A stretch of DNA of 36,378 nucleotides, taken from contig JBIOXB010000011.1 of NCBI GenBank assembly GCA_044869275.1, positions 1 through 36,378 on the forward strand, in the 5' to 3' direction. Positions 18,638-28,474 of the stretch are shown here, one piece after another. A model generated the notes under the pieces. It was given only the letters and a program-made list of their open reading frames with translations, was not told the DNA's origin and did no database searches. This DNA is from a bacterium (lineage in GTDB: Bacteria; Zhuqueibacterota; Zhuqueibacteria; Zhuqueibacterales; Zhuqueibacteraceae). Made by a program: the position numbers and the translations under genes. Each line of letters opens with the position of its first letter. Position 1 is the first letter of the stretch.

Positions 18638-19735
18638 ATGAGACATCGCATTTGGGCAATTTGGGGACTAGCGCTGGCGGGCTCGCACTGGCTGCAATCC
18701 TGCGACTTCCGGCACCCCACCCCACCCGTGGCCGAGCAATCCAAGTTCACTCAAGCAAAAATCACGCAATTGGAGTCGCACAGCCTAAGGCTGAATTGTT
18801 ACACGCCCTGGATCGATGACCAAGGCAAAGTTCTGGCGATGTTCAGTGTGAAGGATGACACCGGCGCCCCAGTCATTGGCCTTGCTTGTGAGAATTTTCG
18901 TTTGTTTGAAGATGGCGAGCCGGTTTCCAAGCACGAAAGTTTTTTTTCCGTAACCGCGGCACCGGCGACCTACAGTTTGCATACCCTGTTGCTTCTGGAT
19001 GTGAGTGGGAGCGTGCTGCCTAGAAATTTGATACCGCTCAAAGAGGCCTCGCGACAATTCGTGGCCGCACTGCTGCAGAACGCCTCCACTCACACCTCCA
19101 CATTCGACTTCGCGCTTTATTTATTTGCCGGAGAGCCCCAGATCGTGCCCTTCATCCGGTTTAGCGGGGACGTTTCTCATATTCTAAGCAGTATCGATGG
19201 GCTGAAAGATGGCCTCATCAAAGATCGCTCGACCGATTTGCACGGCGCGGTGCGACAGGGCGTCAAATTGCTGAACGATGAGATCCAGAAGAACCAGGCG
19301 CCAGGTGCTGCTGAAGGCGCAATGGTGCTTTTCACCGACGGCACCGATCTCGCCGGCCGGTTTCCGTTTGACTCTGCCCGTGTTGCAGTCGAAAACAGCA
19401 AGGATCGAGTGCTTTCCTTTGTGATCGGGCTCGGCGACGAAATTGATTCGACGAGCTTGCGGGTATTGGGTCACAGCGGATTTGCCCAGGTTGACAGCGT
19501 TGAACATCTGAATGTGAAGTTTCAGTACCTGGCCCAAAAGATCAGGCAAGAAGTGGAAGGCCGCTATTTGCTGCAATATTGCTCGCCCAAACGCCGCGGC
19601 GATCATGAGCTGCAGATCAGAGTGTATGCGACCGGCTCCGAGACTCTTTACAGCCGCTTTACCGTATTGTTTTCTACGAGTGATGCTACGGGCGGGTGTG
19701 TAATTGAAGAAGGCGACTGTAAGCAGAACCCATAA
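18638..19735 (+). CDS. VWA-domain lipoprotein
   Basis: Lipobox LQSC; MIDAS motif LLLDVSGS, T.L..A, LFTDG.D; NFRLFEDG upstream domain. Confidence 0.85.
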   Translation: MRHRIWAIWGLALAGSHWLQSCDFRHPTPPVAEQSKFTQAKITQLESHSLRLNCYTPWIDDQGKVLAMFSVKDDTGAPVIGLACENFRLFEDGEPVSKHESFFSVTAAPATYSLHTLLLLDVSGSVLPRNLIPLKEASRQFVAALLQNASTHTSTFDFALYLFAGEPQIVPFIRFSGDVSHILSSIDGLKDGLIKDRSTDLHGAVRQGVKLLNDEIQKNQAPGAAEGAMVLFTDGTDLAGRFPFDSARVAVENSKDRVLSFVIGLGDEIDSTSLRVLGHSGFAQVDSVEHLNVKFQYLAQKIRQEVEGRYLLQYCSPKRRGDHELQIRVYATGSETLYSRFTVLFSTSDATGGCVIEEGDCKQNP

Positions 19736-19786
19736 GGTGGTATTGAATTTTGAGCTTTGGATTTTGGATTTCTTTGCTCAAAAAGC
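19734..19786 (-). repeat. 53-bp heptad-containing dispersed repeat, copy 1
   Basis: Its reverse complement matches 27027-27079 at 52/53 nt. Confidence 0.9.
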
Positions 19787-20091
19787 CCGGTGTTTTTAAT
19801 TAAACTATTGACTTTTAGGAAAAAAAGGTTATTTTAATAACATTGTTTGCACAAAAATAGTCCCGCCACCAGTTCGTGCAACGTTCCAAGAGAGTTTGTG
19901 AACATCGTTCGCCAAAGCGATGTTCAATTATTCCCGCCAAGTGCTCACACCGATGGATGAGCGGGGTAGCGAGCCGCCATCTAGTCTCCGCAGTCCGCTT
20001 TGGGTTCTGAGGAAAGGAATTCAGGACGCCTTCATTTTTTTTTGCGAAAAATTTCAATTCCATCACCAAAACAAAACGGAAAGCTTCACGC

Positions 20092-23022
20092 ATGAGTAAG
20101 ACATTTGACTCCGCGTGCTTCCCGGCGGATCGGAATTCCACCGCGCGTTTGGGCTGGTGCAGTTTGTGTTTGGCTGCGCTGCTATTGGCACCCGCCGCAC
20201 TTCATGCCCAAACGATTCGAAGCTGGGAAGATGAATTTTTGAACCGCCGCAAAATTGACAGCCTGCAAAATGCGGACATCGATACGGTGCAAGGTTTCAT
20301 TACCCTGACACCCAACCGCGAGACCAGCACCCAGGGACAGCAGTTCCGAGCGGTGTTGAGTGGGATTGATAATACCTTTTTTGAGCCGCACGAAATCAGC
20401 GGCAGCCCTCTCAATCCTCCCATCACCATCGTCGATATCGATACTGTGCCGGGCGAACCGGAGGTCTATTTGATTACGGACTTCCAGAATCGCGTTGTGA
20501 TGGGGTATAACGCGGCCACCTCTCAGCCGGTGAGCGTCAATCTCATCAGCGGAAAGAATGTTCAGACTCCCCAGGACGCCTTTCCCTTTCGCGAACGCGG
20601 CACGCTCAAAGTTTTGATTACGGATTCACAAACGCGACGGGTATTGAAAGTCAACGCCAATAACGGCAATCTCGAGTGGTCTTATCAGAATGGCCTTCTG
20701 AATCCTCGCGATGCCGTCATGCTGCCGCGCTCGAGTGAAGTGTTGATTTGCGATTCCGGCAATGACCGCATCGTAACGGTGGACACCACCACCGATGCCA
20801 TCACTTGGCAATTTGGCGATCGGAGCATTTTCCGAAATCCGGTGGATGTCGATTTCGATCCTACTTCCGCCCTTAACGTTGACGTTTATTTGGTAACCGA
20901 CCAGGACAATCATCGCGTGATTTTGGTTCGGCGCGACAATTCTCAGATTACTTTTCAATTCGGCAAAACCGGCGTCTCCGGCAACACCGACAGCACTTTG
21001 ACCTCCCCGATCGATGCCGATCCCCTGCCCAACGGCAATATTCTGATCGCGGATCAAGGTAACAGTCGCCTGATCGAAGTTAACCGTCAAGGCCAGGTGG
21101 TTTGGCGGATCGCGCGCGACCTTTTCGATCTCCGGGACGCCGACCGCATCGGCTCCGGCCCCCATTTTGACAAAACCCTCGTGGCCTTGCGCGACAGCGC
21201 CAGCGCCACGAATGTCACGGCCAAACGTCTGGCCTATAAAGATGAATACTTCCTTTCTCCGGCGAAAGATTTCGGCCGGCCGGTGGATTTCGATTCGTTG
21301 CGTTTCACCGCCAACACCCCCGAGGGAACCAGCGTTGGTCTGCAATTGCGCACCGTGCTGGATTTGAGCGACACCACCAATACGCCATGGTTTGGCCCTA
21401 ACAGCTCCAGCGATTATTACACCACCTCGCCTGCCGCGATCAACATGATTCATGACGGCTCACGTTTTTATCAATTTCGCGCCCTACTGCAAACGCAAAA
21501 TCGTTTGAAAACGCCGGAACTGACGCAGGTGGACGTCAAAGCGACCTTCTTCCGCACCGACACTTTGGGCCGTGCGCTTTCGCAGGTTGTGCAAGATTCT
21601 GCAAATTCCATCATTACCGCCTGGCGCAGACTGGAATTTGACACAAACTTGGGGCTCGCCGGGTCCATCGACGTCGATATCATGAATGCCACGGGGGATA
21701 CGGTGCTAACTTCCAAGCCTGCGCTAAGCTCGACCACGAGTCCGTACGACATTGGACCGGACAATGAACGAGCTTTGCGCGGCCGGCAAGCCCTGCGCTT
21801 GCGCGCGAATTTGCGCACGACCGGCGCCTCCACGTCGCCCAAATTGCTACGCTGGAAGCTGGAGTGGAATTCGGTCAAGCTCGGGCCCTCACAAACGAGT
21901 TTCCTCAATGCCAGTGGCACCAAAGTGGACAAGTACCGCGTCAGCACAACACCGGGGGACAGCATTTACGCCCGCGTGGATGATGCGAATGTCCTGCCGC
22001 TGAGCGATTCCGTGCGCGTCGAGGTGCGCAGCAGCGGGGGCGATGTGGAGCACATGACGCTAGCCATTGATCGCGCCAGCCTGGCTTTCTTTCGTAGCGG
22101 CGCCGGCCTGCGTTTGGTGCTGTCGAACCAGCCCACCTCCGGCAATCGCCTGCTGGAAGTCAGCGACCGGGACAGCTTGCGGGTGACCTATGTCGATCCT
22201 TTCGATGCCACCGACCGCAGCAGCGCTGCCGCACTGGTCATTCAAAACACGCGGGGCACGATTCAGATTGAATTTTCCAATGGCGTGGTGCGCGATTCGG
22301 TCAGCACCACCGATCTTATTTATATCCGTGTTTTGGGTGAAAACGATCGCAATCTATCGTCGGTGCTCAAAGATACGATTCTGGTCGATCTTACCGATCC
22401 TCAGTCTGGAGATGCGGAAAGGATCATCCTCGAGGAATTAGAGGACCAAAGCAATCATTTCAACACCGGCACTTTCAGAACGCCGATCGGCGTTTCGTTG
22501 GTGAGCACGGGCAGCCCGGACGGTGATGGCAGACTATGGGTCATCGGCGGCAGCACAATGCAGGCAAGTTTTACCGATCCTGACGCCCGGCCAGATGAAC
22601 TGCCCATACAGACTTTTGTGCCGGTGATACGAGGCGACGAGAGCATCATTATAAATTCCACCGACAAATTCGTGCTCCAAATTGCCCCGAATCCCTATCG
22701 CGCACAAAGCACGGGCCCCATCAAATTGCGTGCAGAAGTGCGTTCCGGCTCCATGGGCATGCGGCAGGTTGAGATTTTCAACCTTGCGGGTGAGAAGGTG
22801 ACGACCATTCCGGAGGGATCAATCCGATTTGGCGCCTCTTCCATTCTGGAATCGAGCCAGGGTCCGGTGGTCTCATTTGATTGGTGGAATTTGCAGGGAG
22901 ACGACGGCCGCCCGGTCGCAACCGGCACCTACTTCGCCAAGTTTCACTTGACCTTGACCGATGCCCAGGGCGCGGTGAATCAAATCACAGATCTGAAAAA
23001 AATTCTCATCCTTCAACAATAG
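20092..23022 (+). CDS. Secreted beta-propeller (NHL-like) / Ig-like repeat protein with T9SS-type C-terminal sorting domain
   Basis: Signal peptide (ALHA|Q), repeated 'NP.D....LI.D.GN.R...V' blades and two Ig-like repeats. C-terminus APNPY..IFNLAGEKV..W...DDGRPVATGTYF is CTD/FlgD-Ig-like. Confidence 0.85.
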   Translation: MSKTFDSACFPADRNSTARLGWCSLCLAALLLAPAALHAQTIRSWEDEFLNRRKIDSLQNADIDTVQGFITLTPNRETSTQGQQFRAVLSGIDNTFFEPHEISGSPLNPPITIVDIDTVPGEPEVYLITDFQNRVVMGYNAATSQPVSVNLISGKNVQTPQDAFPFRERGTLKVLITDSQTRRVLKVNANNGNLEWSYQNGLLNPRDAVMLPRSSEVLICDSGNDRIVTVDTTTDAITWQFGDRSIFRNPVDVDFDPTSALNVDVYLVTDQDNHRVILVRRDNSQITFQFGKTGVSGNTDSTLTSPIDADPLPNGNILIADQGNSRLIEVNRQGQVVWRIARDLFDLRDADRIGSGPHFDKTLVALRDSASATNVTAKRLAYKDEYFLSPAKDFGRPVDFDSLRFTANTPEGTSVGLQLRTVLDLSDTTNTPWFGPNSSSDYYTTSPAAINMIHDGSRFYQFRALLQTQNRLKTPELTQVDVKATFFRTDTLGRALSQVVQDSANSIITAWRRLEFDTNLGLAGSIDVDIMNATGDTVLTSKPALSSTTSPYDIGPDNERALRGRQALRLRANLRTTGASTSPKLLRWKLEWNSVKLGPSQTSFLNASGTKVDKYRVSTTPGDSIYARVDDANVLPLSDSVRVEVRSSGGDVEHMTLAIDRASLAFFRSGAGLRLVLSNQPTSGNRLLEVSDRDSLRVTYVDPFDATDRSSAAALVIQNTRGTIQIEFSNGVVRDSVSTTDLIYIRVLGENDRNLSSVLKDTILVDLTDPQSGDAERIILEELEDQSNHFNTGTFRTPIGVSLVSTGSPDGDGRLWVIGGSTMQASFTDPDARPDELPIQTFVPVIRGDESIIINSTDKFVLQIAPNPYRAQSTGPIKLRAEVRSGSMGMRQVEIFNLAGEKVTTIPEGSIRFGASSILESSQGPVVSFDWWNLQGDDGRPVATGTYFAKFHLTLTDAQGAVNQITDLKKILILQQ

Positions 23023-23091
23023 GGAAGGCTGGGGCGGCATTTTCGGGCCCGAGCTCATTCCATGATGCTGGCGCAAGTCAGGATTGATCTT

Positions 23092-24975
23092 ATGAAATCG
23101 CAAACCTCTTTTTCGCTGTGCTTCGGTTTGGCATGCTGCGCCCTTTTCTTTGAGAAACAGCCGGCGGCGGCGCAAACGCCTTCGCAAATTGCGGCGCCGG
23201 CGCTGCGCATCAGTCCTTATGCCCGGCAGGTCGGCATGGGCGAAGCCTTCACCGCGCTCGCCAATGACAACATCAATGCCATGCGCTACAATATCGGCGG
23301 CATGGGCACGCTGCGCAACATTTTGCTCTCCGCGCATTTTCACCAATGGATCGAAGACACGCAGGAGGGTGCGCTGGAAGGCGCGCTGCCCACGAAATAC
23401 GGCGTCTTCGGCCTGAACTTTACTTATTTCGATGAAGGCGAGCTGATCGAGCTCAACGATAACTTTGTCCAGACCGGCGCGGTGTTCAGCAGCAATGATT
23501 TGGTGCTGGCGCTGGGCTATAGCAATTATTTCCCGCTCTTCGACCACAATATGTCGCTGGGCCTGGCCGTGAAAGGCGTACGGCAGAATTTGGCGACTGA
23601 AAATGGCGACGCTATCGGCTTGGATGCGGGATTGCTTTATAGCCTGAAATACGTTTCGATCGGCGCGACGCTGCAAAACTTCACACTCAAGAAAATGAAG
23701 TTCAAAAACGGGCTGGCGGAATATAAACTCCCCGAGACGATTCGCGGCGGCCTGGCCACGCGTTTGCCGCTCAGCGAGCAACTCAAGCTGAATGTCGCGG
23801 TGGATGGGGCAAAATATTTGGACGGTTTCGACAAGAAGATTCGAGTTTCCTCCGGCGCGGAATTGCTCATTTCAGAAGTGTTCGCCGTGCGCGGCGGCTA
23901 CAAGTTTCACGATTACGAATTGTCGAAATGGGGCGCGGGCTTTGGCGTGAACATTCCCACGAGCTGGCTGGGCGGGGCGAGCACGTCTTTGGATTATGCC
24001 TACAGCCCGCTCGAGGATTTTGATGCGCAGGCGCATCGCTTTTCACTCACCTTCAACTTCGGCACCCTGGTGCCGGCGCCGCTCATGGTGAACGTGGAGG
24101 AAATGCAACGCCTGAATCGTGAAGCACAGGAGGCGTTGTTGGCCGCGCAGGAGGCGGAGGCGCGTTTGCGAGACACCGAAGCGCGCATGACTGAGTTGGA
24201 AAGATTGCTGGCGGAGCGTCTGGAGAAGGCCAAGCAAATCGCCGAATCTTCGCAAGGCGCCATCGAAGTGGAGGAGCGCGCGGACCGTAACGTGCTGGCG
24301 ACGTTGCGGGTGAATTTCGATTGGGACAAGTCCGACATCCGCCCGGACATGTACGAAACCCTGAACAAACTGTCCGAAATTTTGAATACTTATCCCGAAT
24401 CGCAAGTCTGGATCTCCGGGCATACGGACAACACCGGCGACGACGAATACAACTTTCATCTGGCGCAGCGCCGCATGGACAGCGTGATGAACTACCTCAC
24501 CCGCCGCAATATCAGCACTGCGCGCTTCATCGACCCCATTCCTTATGGCGAATGGGAGCCGCTGACTGACAACCGCACGCCGGACTTGAGATTCCGGAAC
24601 CGCCGCGTTGAGTTTTTGATTTATACCGGCGAGAACCGGCCACAAGTGCATCGCGGCTCTTTGATCGAGAACGTCGCGGTGGCGAATGATTCGGTGTCCG
24701 TGCTGGGCAACGGCCGGCTGGAGTTTACCACGCGCTTTGTGGATGATCCGCCGCGCGCCGTGCTGGTGTTCCCGAAGACTTACGTGCCCGACGCCAAAAC
24801 CTTCCAGATCAATCGCGGCAACATCCGCCAGGCCCGCATCGGCTTCCATCCCGAAGACGGAAGCACCTGGGTGGTGTTTGATTTAAACGCGCCGTTTACA
24901 CCGAAAGCGATTGTGGCCGGCAAACGGATCAGCCTTGATACCGGCAGCATCGCGGCGAAAGAAACGCCGCGGTAA
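23092..24975 (+). CDS. PorV/PorQ-like beta-barrel fused to coiled coil, OmpA-like peptidoglycan-binding domain and AMIN-like domain
   Basis: LRISPYARQVGMGEAFTALA and LDYAY..HRFSL mark the PorV-like barrel; NFDWDKS, GHTD, N..LAQRR, NRRVEF mark OmpA_C; DPPRAVLVFP, IRQARIG, VVFDL mark AMIN. Start could be 23062. Confidence 0.85.
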   Translation: MKSQTSFSLCFGLACCALFFEKQPAAAQTPSQIAAPALRISPYARQVGMGEAFTALANDNINAMRYNIGGMGTLRNILLSAHFHQWIEDTQEGALEGALPTKYGVFGLNFTYFDEGELIELNDNFVQTGAVFSSNDLVLALGYSNYFPLFDHNMSLGLAVKGVRQNLATENGDAIGLDAGLLYSLKYVSIGATLQNFTLKKMKFKNGLAEYKLPETIRGGLATRLPLSEQLKLNVAVDGAKYLDGFDKKIRVSSGAELLISEVFAVRGGYKFHDYELSKWGAGFGVNIPTSWLGGASTSLDYAYSPLEDFDAQAHRFSLTFNFGTLVPAPLMVNVEEMQRLNREAQEALLAAQEAEARLRDTEARMTELERLLAERLEKAKQIAESSQGAIEVEERADRNVLATLRVNFDWDKSDIRPDMYETLNKLSEILNTYPESQVWISGHTDNTGDDEYNFHLAQRRMDSVMNYLTRRNISTARFIDPIPYGEWEPLTDNRTPDLRFRNRRVEFLIYTGENRPQVHRGSLIENVAVANDSVSVLGNGRLEFTTRFVDDPPRAVLVFPKTYVPDAKTFQINRGNIRQARIGFHPEDGSTWVVFDLNAPFTPKAIVAGKRISLDTGSIAAKETPR

Positions 24976-25000
24976 GAAAGATTGTTGTGGAGGAGGTTGG

Positions 25001-25043
25001 AAGCCACGGAGCGCCGGCAGTAGCCGCCTCCGTGGTTTTTTTT
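25001..25043 (+). terminator. Rho-independent terminator
   Basis: AAGCCACGGAG / CTCCGTGGTTT stem followed by a T-run. Confidence 0.8.
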
Positions 25044-25126
25044 GTTTAATGAATAAAGTCTAGGCTGGTCTTTAAGACAAGTTGATCCTGACGCTTCGGG
25101 AAGAGGGACTTCGGCATAACAACAGA

Positions 25127-26773
25127 CTAAAGCTTCTCCTTCTGCCCCAACAACCGTAGCGACGCGGGAATATGGCGCAAGCGTTTCAGCCACGAAGGCG
25201 CATGCAGGAACTGCGCGTAGCCCTGTGTGTCACGCAACGCCTGGGCGGAATAGCGGAACCACCACGGTTTGCGCAGGAAGGTGAAGGCGTCGGTGTCGAC
25301 ATATTTCGTGCGCACCATATCGAGCAAGCCTTCGGGGCCGCGCGCTTTTCCCAGGCCGCTGTTTTTGATCCCGCCGTACGCGAACTCGCACATGCCCATG
25401 TAAGAAATCACATCGTTGATCATGACCGTGCCGGCTTCGAGCCGCCGGGCGAGGGCTTGTCCGCGTTTCAGATCTTTCGTCCAAACGCTGGCGGATAAGC
25501 CGAAGCTCGTGTCGTTGGCGAGCTGCACCGCCTGGTCGGCGTTTTTCACCGGCACCACCGGCAGCAACGGCCCGAAGGTTTCTTCGCACATCACATTCAT
25601 GCGGGTGTTGACCTCGATGACGACGGTGGGCTCAAAAAAGCTTGGCCCCAAGTCCGGCCTTCTTTTTCCGCCGCAGAGAATTTTGGCGCCGTGCGCCACG
25701 GCCTCTGCGAGCTGCGCTTCCAGCAGTTCCACCTGCCGTGGACGAATCATCGGGCCGACGTCGGTGTTCGGATCCTCACCGCGGCCCAGGCGCAGTTGCC
25801 GCACCTTCTCCACCAATCTGCGCACAAATGGCTCGAATATTCCTTCTTCCACAAAAATTCTCTTGGCGGCGACACAACTTTGCCCGCAATTCATGAATCT
25901 GCCCCAAGTCGCGCCGCTGGTGGCGTGCTCGAGATCAGCGTCGGATAAAGCGATGAACGCATCGCTGCCGCCCAATTCTAGCGTTGCGGGAATAAGCCGC
26001 TCCGCCGCGGCTTGCGACACTTTGTGGCCGACGGCCACACTGCCGGTGAACACGAGGCGATCGAGCTGGCCATGGGAGAGGGCCGCGCCGGTTGCACCAT
26101 CACCGACAAGAACCTGAAGCACACCCGCCGGCAATCCGGCGGCGGCAAACAAGTCCGCGGTTTTCAAGGCCACGGCCGGCGTGAATTCGGAAGGCTTCAA
26201 CACCACGGCATTGCCCGCGAGCAATGCCGGGATGACGGCGTTGAGCGAGAGCATGAAAGGATAATTCCACGGCGAAATCACGCCCACGACGCCGAGCGGC
26301 TCGTGCACGAGGCGGCCTCGTTTCAGTTTCAACACCGGGTTGAGATGGCGGACTTTTTTCGTGTGCAGAATTCTCCCGCCGAATTTGAGATAGTAGCGCA
26401 CAATGTCCAAGCTGACGATCACTTCGGAGATCAGGGCTTCGCCTGTGGGCTTGCCGTTTTCCCGCGTAATGAGCTGCGCGACTTCCATTTGTCTTTGCAG
26501 CAAAATTCCGGCAAAGCGGCGAAGATAGGCAGCGCGCTGCGTCAGAGTCAAACTTCTCCAAGCCTGCTGCGCCTGGTGCGCAGCCGCAATCGCCGCTTGC
26601 ACCTGTTCCGGTGTCGCCGCATCGTATTCCTGCCAAACCTCGCCGGTGGCGGGATCGAGCGATTGCACACGCGCAGCGTCGGGTCCCGCCGTCGTGGACA
26701 CAATTTCGGGCGCCGGACGCGCAGGGGTTGTGGTGGCGCGCACGTTTTCCATGGTCTCGGCAATAGGGTTCAT
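25127..26773 (-). CDS. NAD(P)-dependent aldehyde dehydrogenase
   Basis: ISPWNYP, KPSE.TP, FTGS, LELGG, GQSC, EETFGP, FGLSASVWT, GGIKNSG.G; GGGAGG RBS. Confidence 0.95.
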   Translation of the reverse strand: MNPIAETMENVRATTTPARPAPEIVSTTAGPDAARVQSLDPATGEVWQEYDAATPEQVQAAIAAAHQAQQAWRSLTLTQRAAYLRRFAGILLQRQMEVAQLITRENGKPTGEALISEVIVSLDIVRYYLKFGGRILHTKKVRHLNPVLKLKRGRLVHEPLGVVGVISPWNYPFMLSLNAVIPALLAGNAVVLKPSEFTPAVALKTADLFAAAGLPAGVLQVLVGDGATGAALSHGQLDRLVFTGSVAVGHKVSQAAAERLIPATLELGGSDAFIALSDADLEHATSGATWGRFMNCGQSCVAAKRIFVEEGIFEPFVRRLVEKVRQLRLGRGEDPNTDVGPMIRPRQVELLEAQLAEAVAHGAKILCGGKRRPDLGPSFFEPTVVIEVNTRMNVMCEETFGPLLPVVPVKNADQAVQLANDTSFGLSASVWTKDLKRGQALARRLEAGTVMINDVISYMGMCEFAYGGIKNSGLGKARGPEGLLDMVRTKYVDTDAFTFLRKPWWFRYSAQALRDTQGYAQFLHAPSWLKRLRHIPASLRLLGQKEKL

Positions 26774-26964
26774 TCTTCCTCCCGGCGATCGCTAAGGTGG
26801 ATCGTCGATTTGCACATCATGCTGTCATTATCAAGTTCCCTGGCTTAATGGCGAACGCCATTTTTCTGGCTTTCATTTTTCTGCCCTGGCCTTTGGTCAA
26901 GCCAATTCAACAAATTCAAGATACGACTTCTCTATATCTCTTTGTTCAGTCGCCCGCAGGGCTT

Positions 26965-26999
26965 CGGATTTCATCCCGACCCTTCGGGATGAAAATCCG
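26965..26999. repeat. TCCCGA-N4-TCGGGA hairpin repeat
   Basis: CGGATTTCATCCCGA-CCCT-TCGGGATGAAAATCCG. Confidence 0.65.
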
Positions 27000-27026
27000 T
27001 TGTAGTCCATTACAAGTGAAATCTGT

Positions 27027-27079
27027 GCTTTTTGAGCAAAGAAATCGAAAATCCAAAGCTCAAAATTCAATACCACCTT
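27027..27079 (+). repeat. 53-bp heptad-containing dispersed repeat, copy 2
   Basis: Inverted copy of 19734-19786; contains AAATCGA-AAATCCA-AAGCTCA-AAATTCA heptads. Confidence 0.9.
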
Positions 27080-27203
27080 TGGGCTTTGTGTTTTGAGTTT
27101 TTCGTTTCCGGCTTGTCCAGGTTAGGAATTACAAATTCTACAAACATTCCAAATTCTCATGCAAAGCTATTGCACTTTTGCCAAAATCGCTTAACTTTCC
27201 GGT

Positions 27204-27824
27204 ATGACAGATTATTCCGCCGCGGTGGCGCATTTGCGCCGCGCCGATCCCATTCTCGCGAAAATTATCGCACAATTCGGCCCCTGTACGATCAAGCTCG
27301 ACCGGCGCTATTTTCGCCTGCTGGTGGAAGCGATTCTTTCCCAACAACTCTCGACCAAAGCCGCGGCCACGATCACGCAGCGTTTCTACCAAGCGCTGCA
27401 GCGACAAATCGTTCCGCAGGCGATCTTGAAGCTGCGCGACCCCGATTTCCGCAGCGCCGGTGTGTCACGCCAAAAAACCGCGTATCTGCGCGATTTGTCG
27501 GCAAAGTGGGGAGCGGGTGCCATCAATCCTCGCCGTTTTGCGCGCTTGGACAATGAAGAGATCATCGCCATGCTCACGCAGGTCAAAGGCATCGGGCGCT
27601 GGACCGCAGAAATGTTTTTGATGTTCGCGCTCGGCCGCGCGGACGTGCTCCCCGTGGGTGATCTCGGGTTTCGCAACGCGCTGAGACATGCCTACCGCTT
27701 GCGCAAGCTGCCCGACGCCAAACACATACACGCGCTGGCGGAAAAGTGGCGGCCCTATCGCAGCGTCGCGACCTGGTATTTTTGGGCGAGTTTGGATAAC
27801 AAACCTCTTGCAGAGACTGAGTGA
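27204..27824 (+). CDS. alkA: DNA-3-methyladenine glycosylase II (HhH-GPD)
   Basis: ILSQQLSTKAA, LTQVKGIGRWTAEMFLMF, LPVGDLG, WRPYRSVATWY.W. Confidence 0.92.
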   Translation: MTDYSAAVAHLRRADPILAKIIAQFGPCTIKLDRRYFRLLVEAILSQQLSTKAAATITQRFYQALQRQIVPQAILKLRDPDFRSAGVSRQKTAYLRDLSAKWGAGAINPRRFARLDNEEIIAMLTQVKGIGRWTAEMFLMFALGRADVLPVGDLGFRNALRHAYRLRKLPDAKHIHALAEKWRPYRSVATWYFWASLDNKPLAETE

Positions 27825-28474
27825 AGCCGCCTATGGACGCCGTGCAAAAAATCTTGCGATTGGGTCTGCTCGCGCTTTTTTTGGCGCTGTTGATCGGCAT
27901 CAGCATTTTGCCAAACAAGCCGGTGCTGTGGATTTTCCTGGCACTCTTGATTGCCGGGCGCGCCGCGGAATTGTTCCACCCCGCCGCCGAGGCGCTGGCA
28001 GAATGGCACCGCTCGGCCGGGCACCCGCGCTGGCTCCTGTGGCTCTCGGGCTTGACATTCATCACCAACGTCGCGCTGCCAATTTTGGATTATCGCTACC
28101 GCGGCGAAGTTTTCTGGGCCAGCCCCCTGCCGCGCGAAGCTTGGTGGAGCTGGCTCGGTCTGCTGGGCCTGCTCGCGGGTGCGGCGCTGCGCTGGCAACA
28201 CTTTCTCAATGTGCCCAAACCGCAGCAGCCGGCAGCGGCCAAATCGGCGGCGAAGCGCAAGCGCATTTCTGAAGCCGATGAAAATGAAGTTCCAAAATAT
28301 GATGCGAATTATTTGGCGCAATTGCATCATCATTTCAGCCGCGCCGCCGGCCTTTCGTATCTCGGCACGGCCGTTTTGTTTACCAGCCTTTGGGGTTTGC
28401 TGGCGCTCGCCCTGATCGTCTTGCCCACCATGCTTTATCGCCGCGAAAGCAAAGAGCATGCAGTGACTTCTTAG
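27821..28474 (+). CDS. Integral membrane protein, remotely ICMT/PEMT-like
   Basis: Several TM segments; GTG start overlaps the alkA stop. The 'G..LR....' and 'YLG......S' layout resembles ICMT, but the RHP motif is absent. Confidence 0.65.
   Translation: MKPPMDAVQKILRLGLLALFLALLIGISILPNKPVLWIFLALLIAGRAAELFHPAAEALAEWHRSAGHPRWLLWLSGLTFITNVALPILDYRYRGEVFWASPLPREAWWSWLGLLGLLAGAALRWQHFLNVPKPQQPAAAKSAAKRKRISEADENEVPKYDANYLAQLHHHFSRAAGLSYLGTAVLFTSLWGLLALALIVLPTMLYRRESKEHAVTS

Noticed and set aside
19900..19980. c-di-GMP-I riboswitch-like AGCGGGGTAGCGA in the leader of the cargo gene
   Set aside because: The GGCAAAC..GAAA..GACGCAAAG 5' half is absent; only generic hairpins are present.
19734..27079. 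Composite transposon
   Set aside because: No transposase or integrase and no evident target-site duplication; kept only as a repeat observation.
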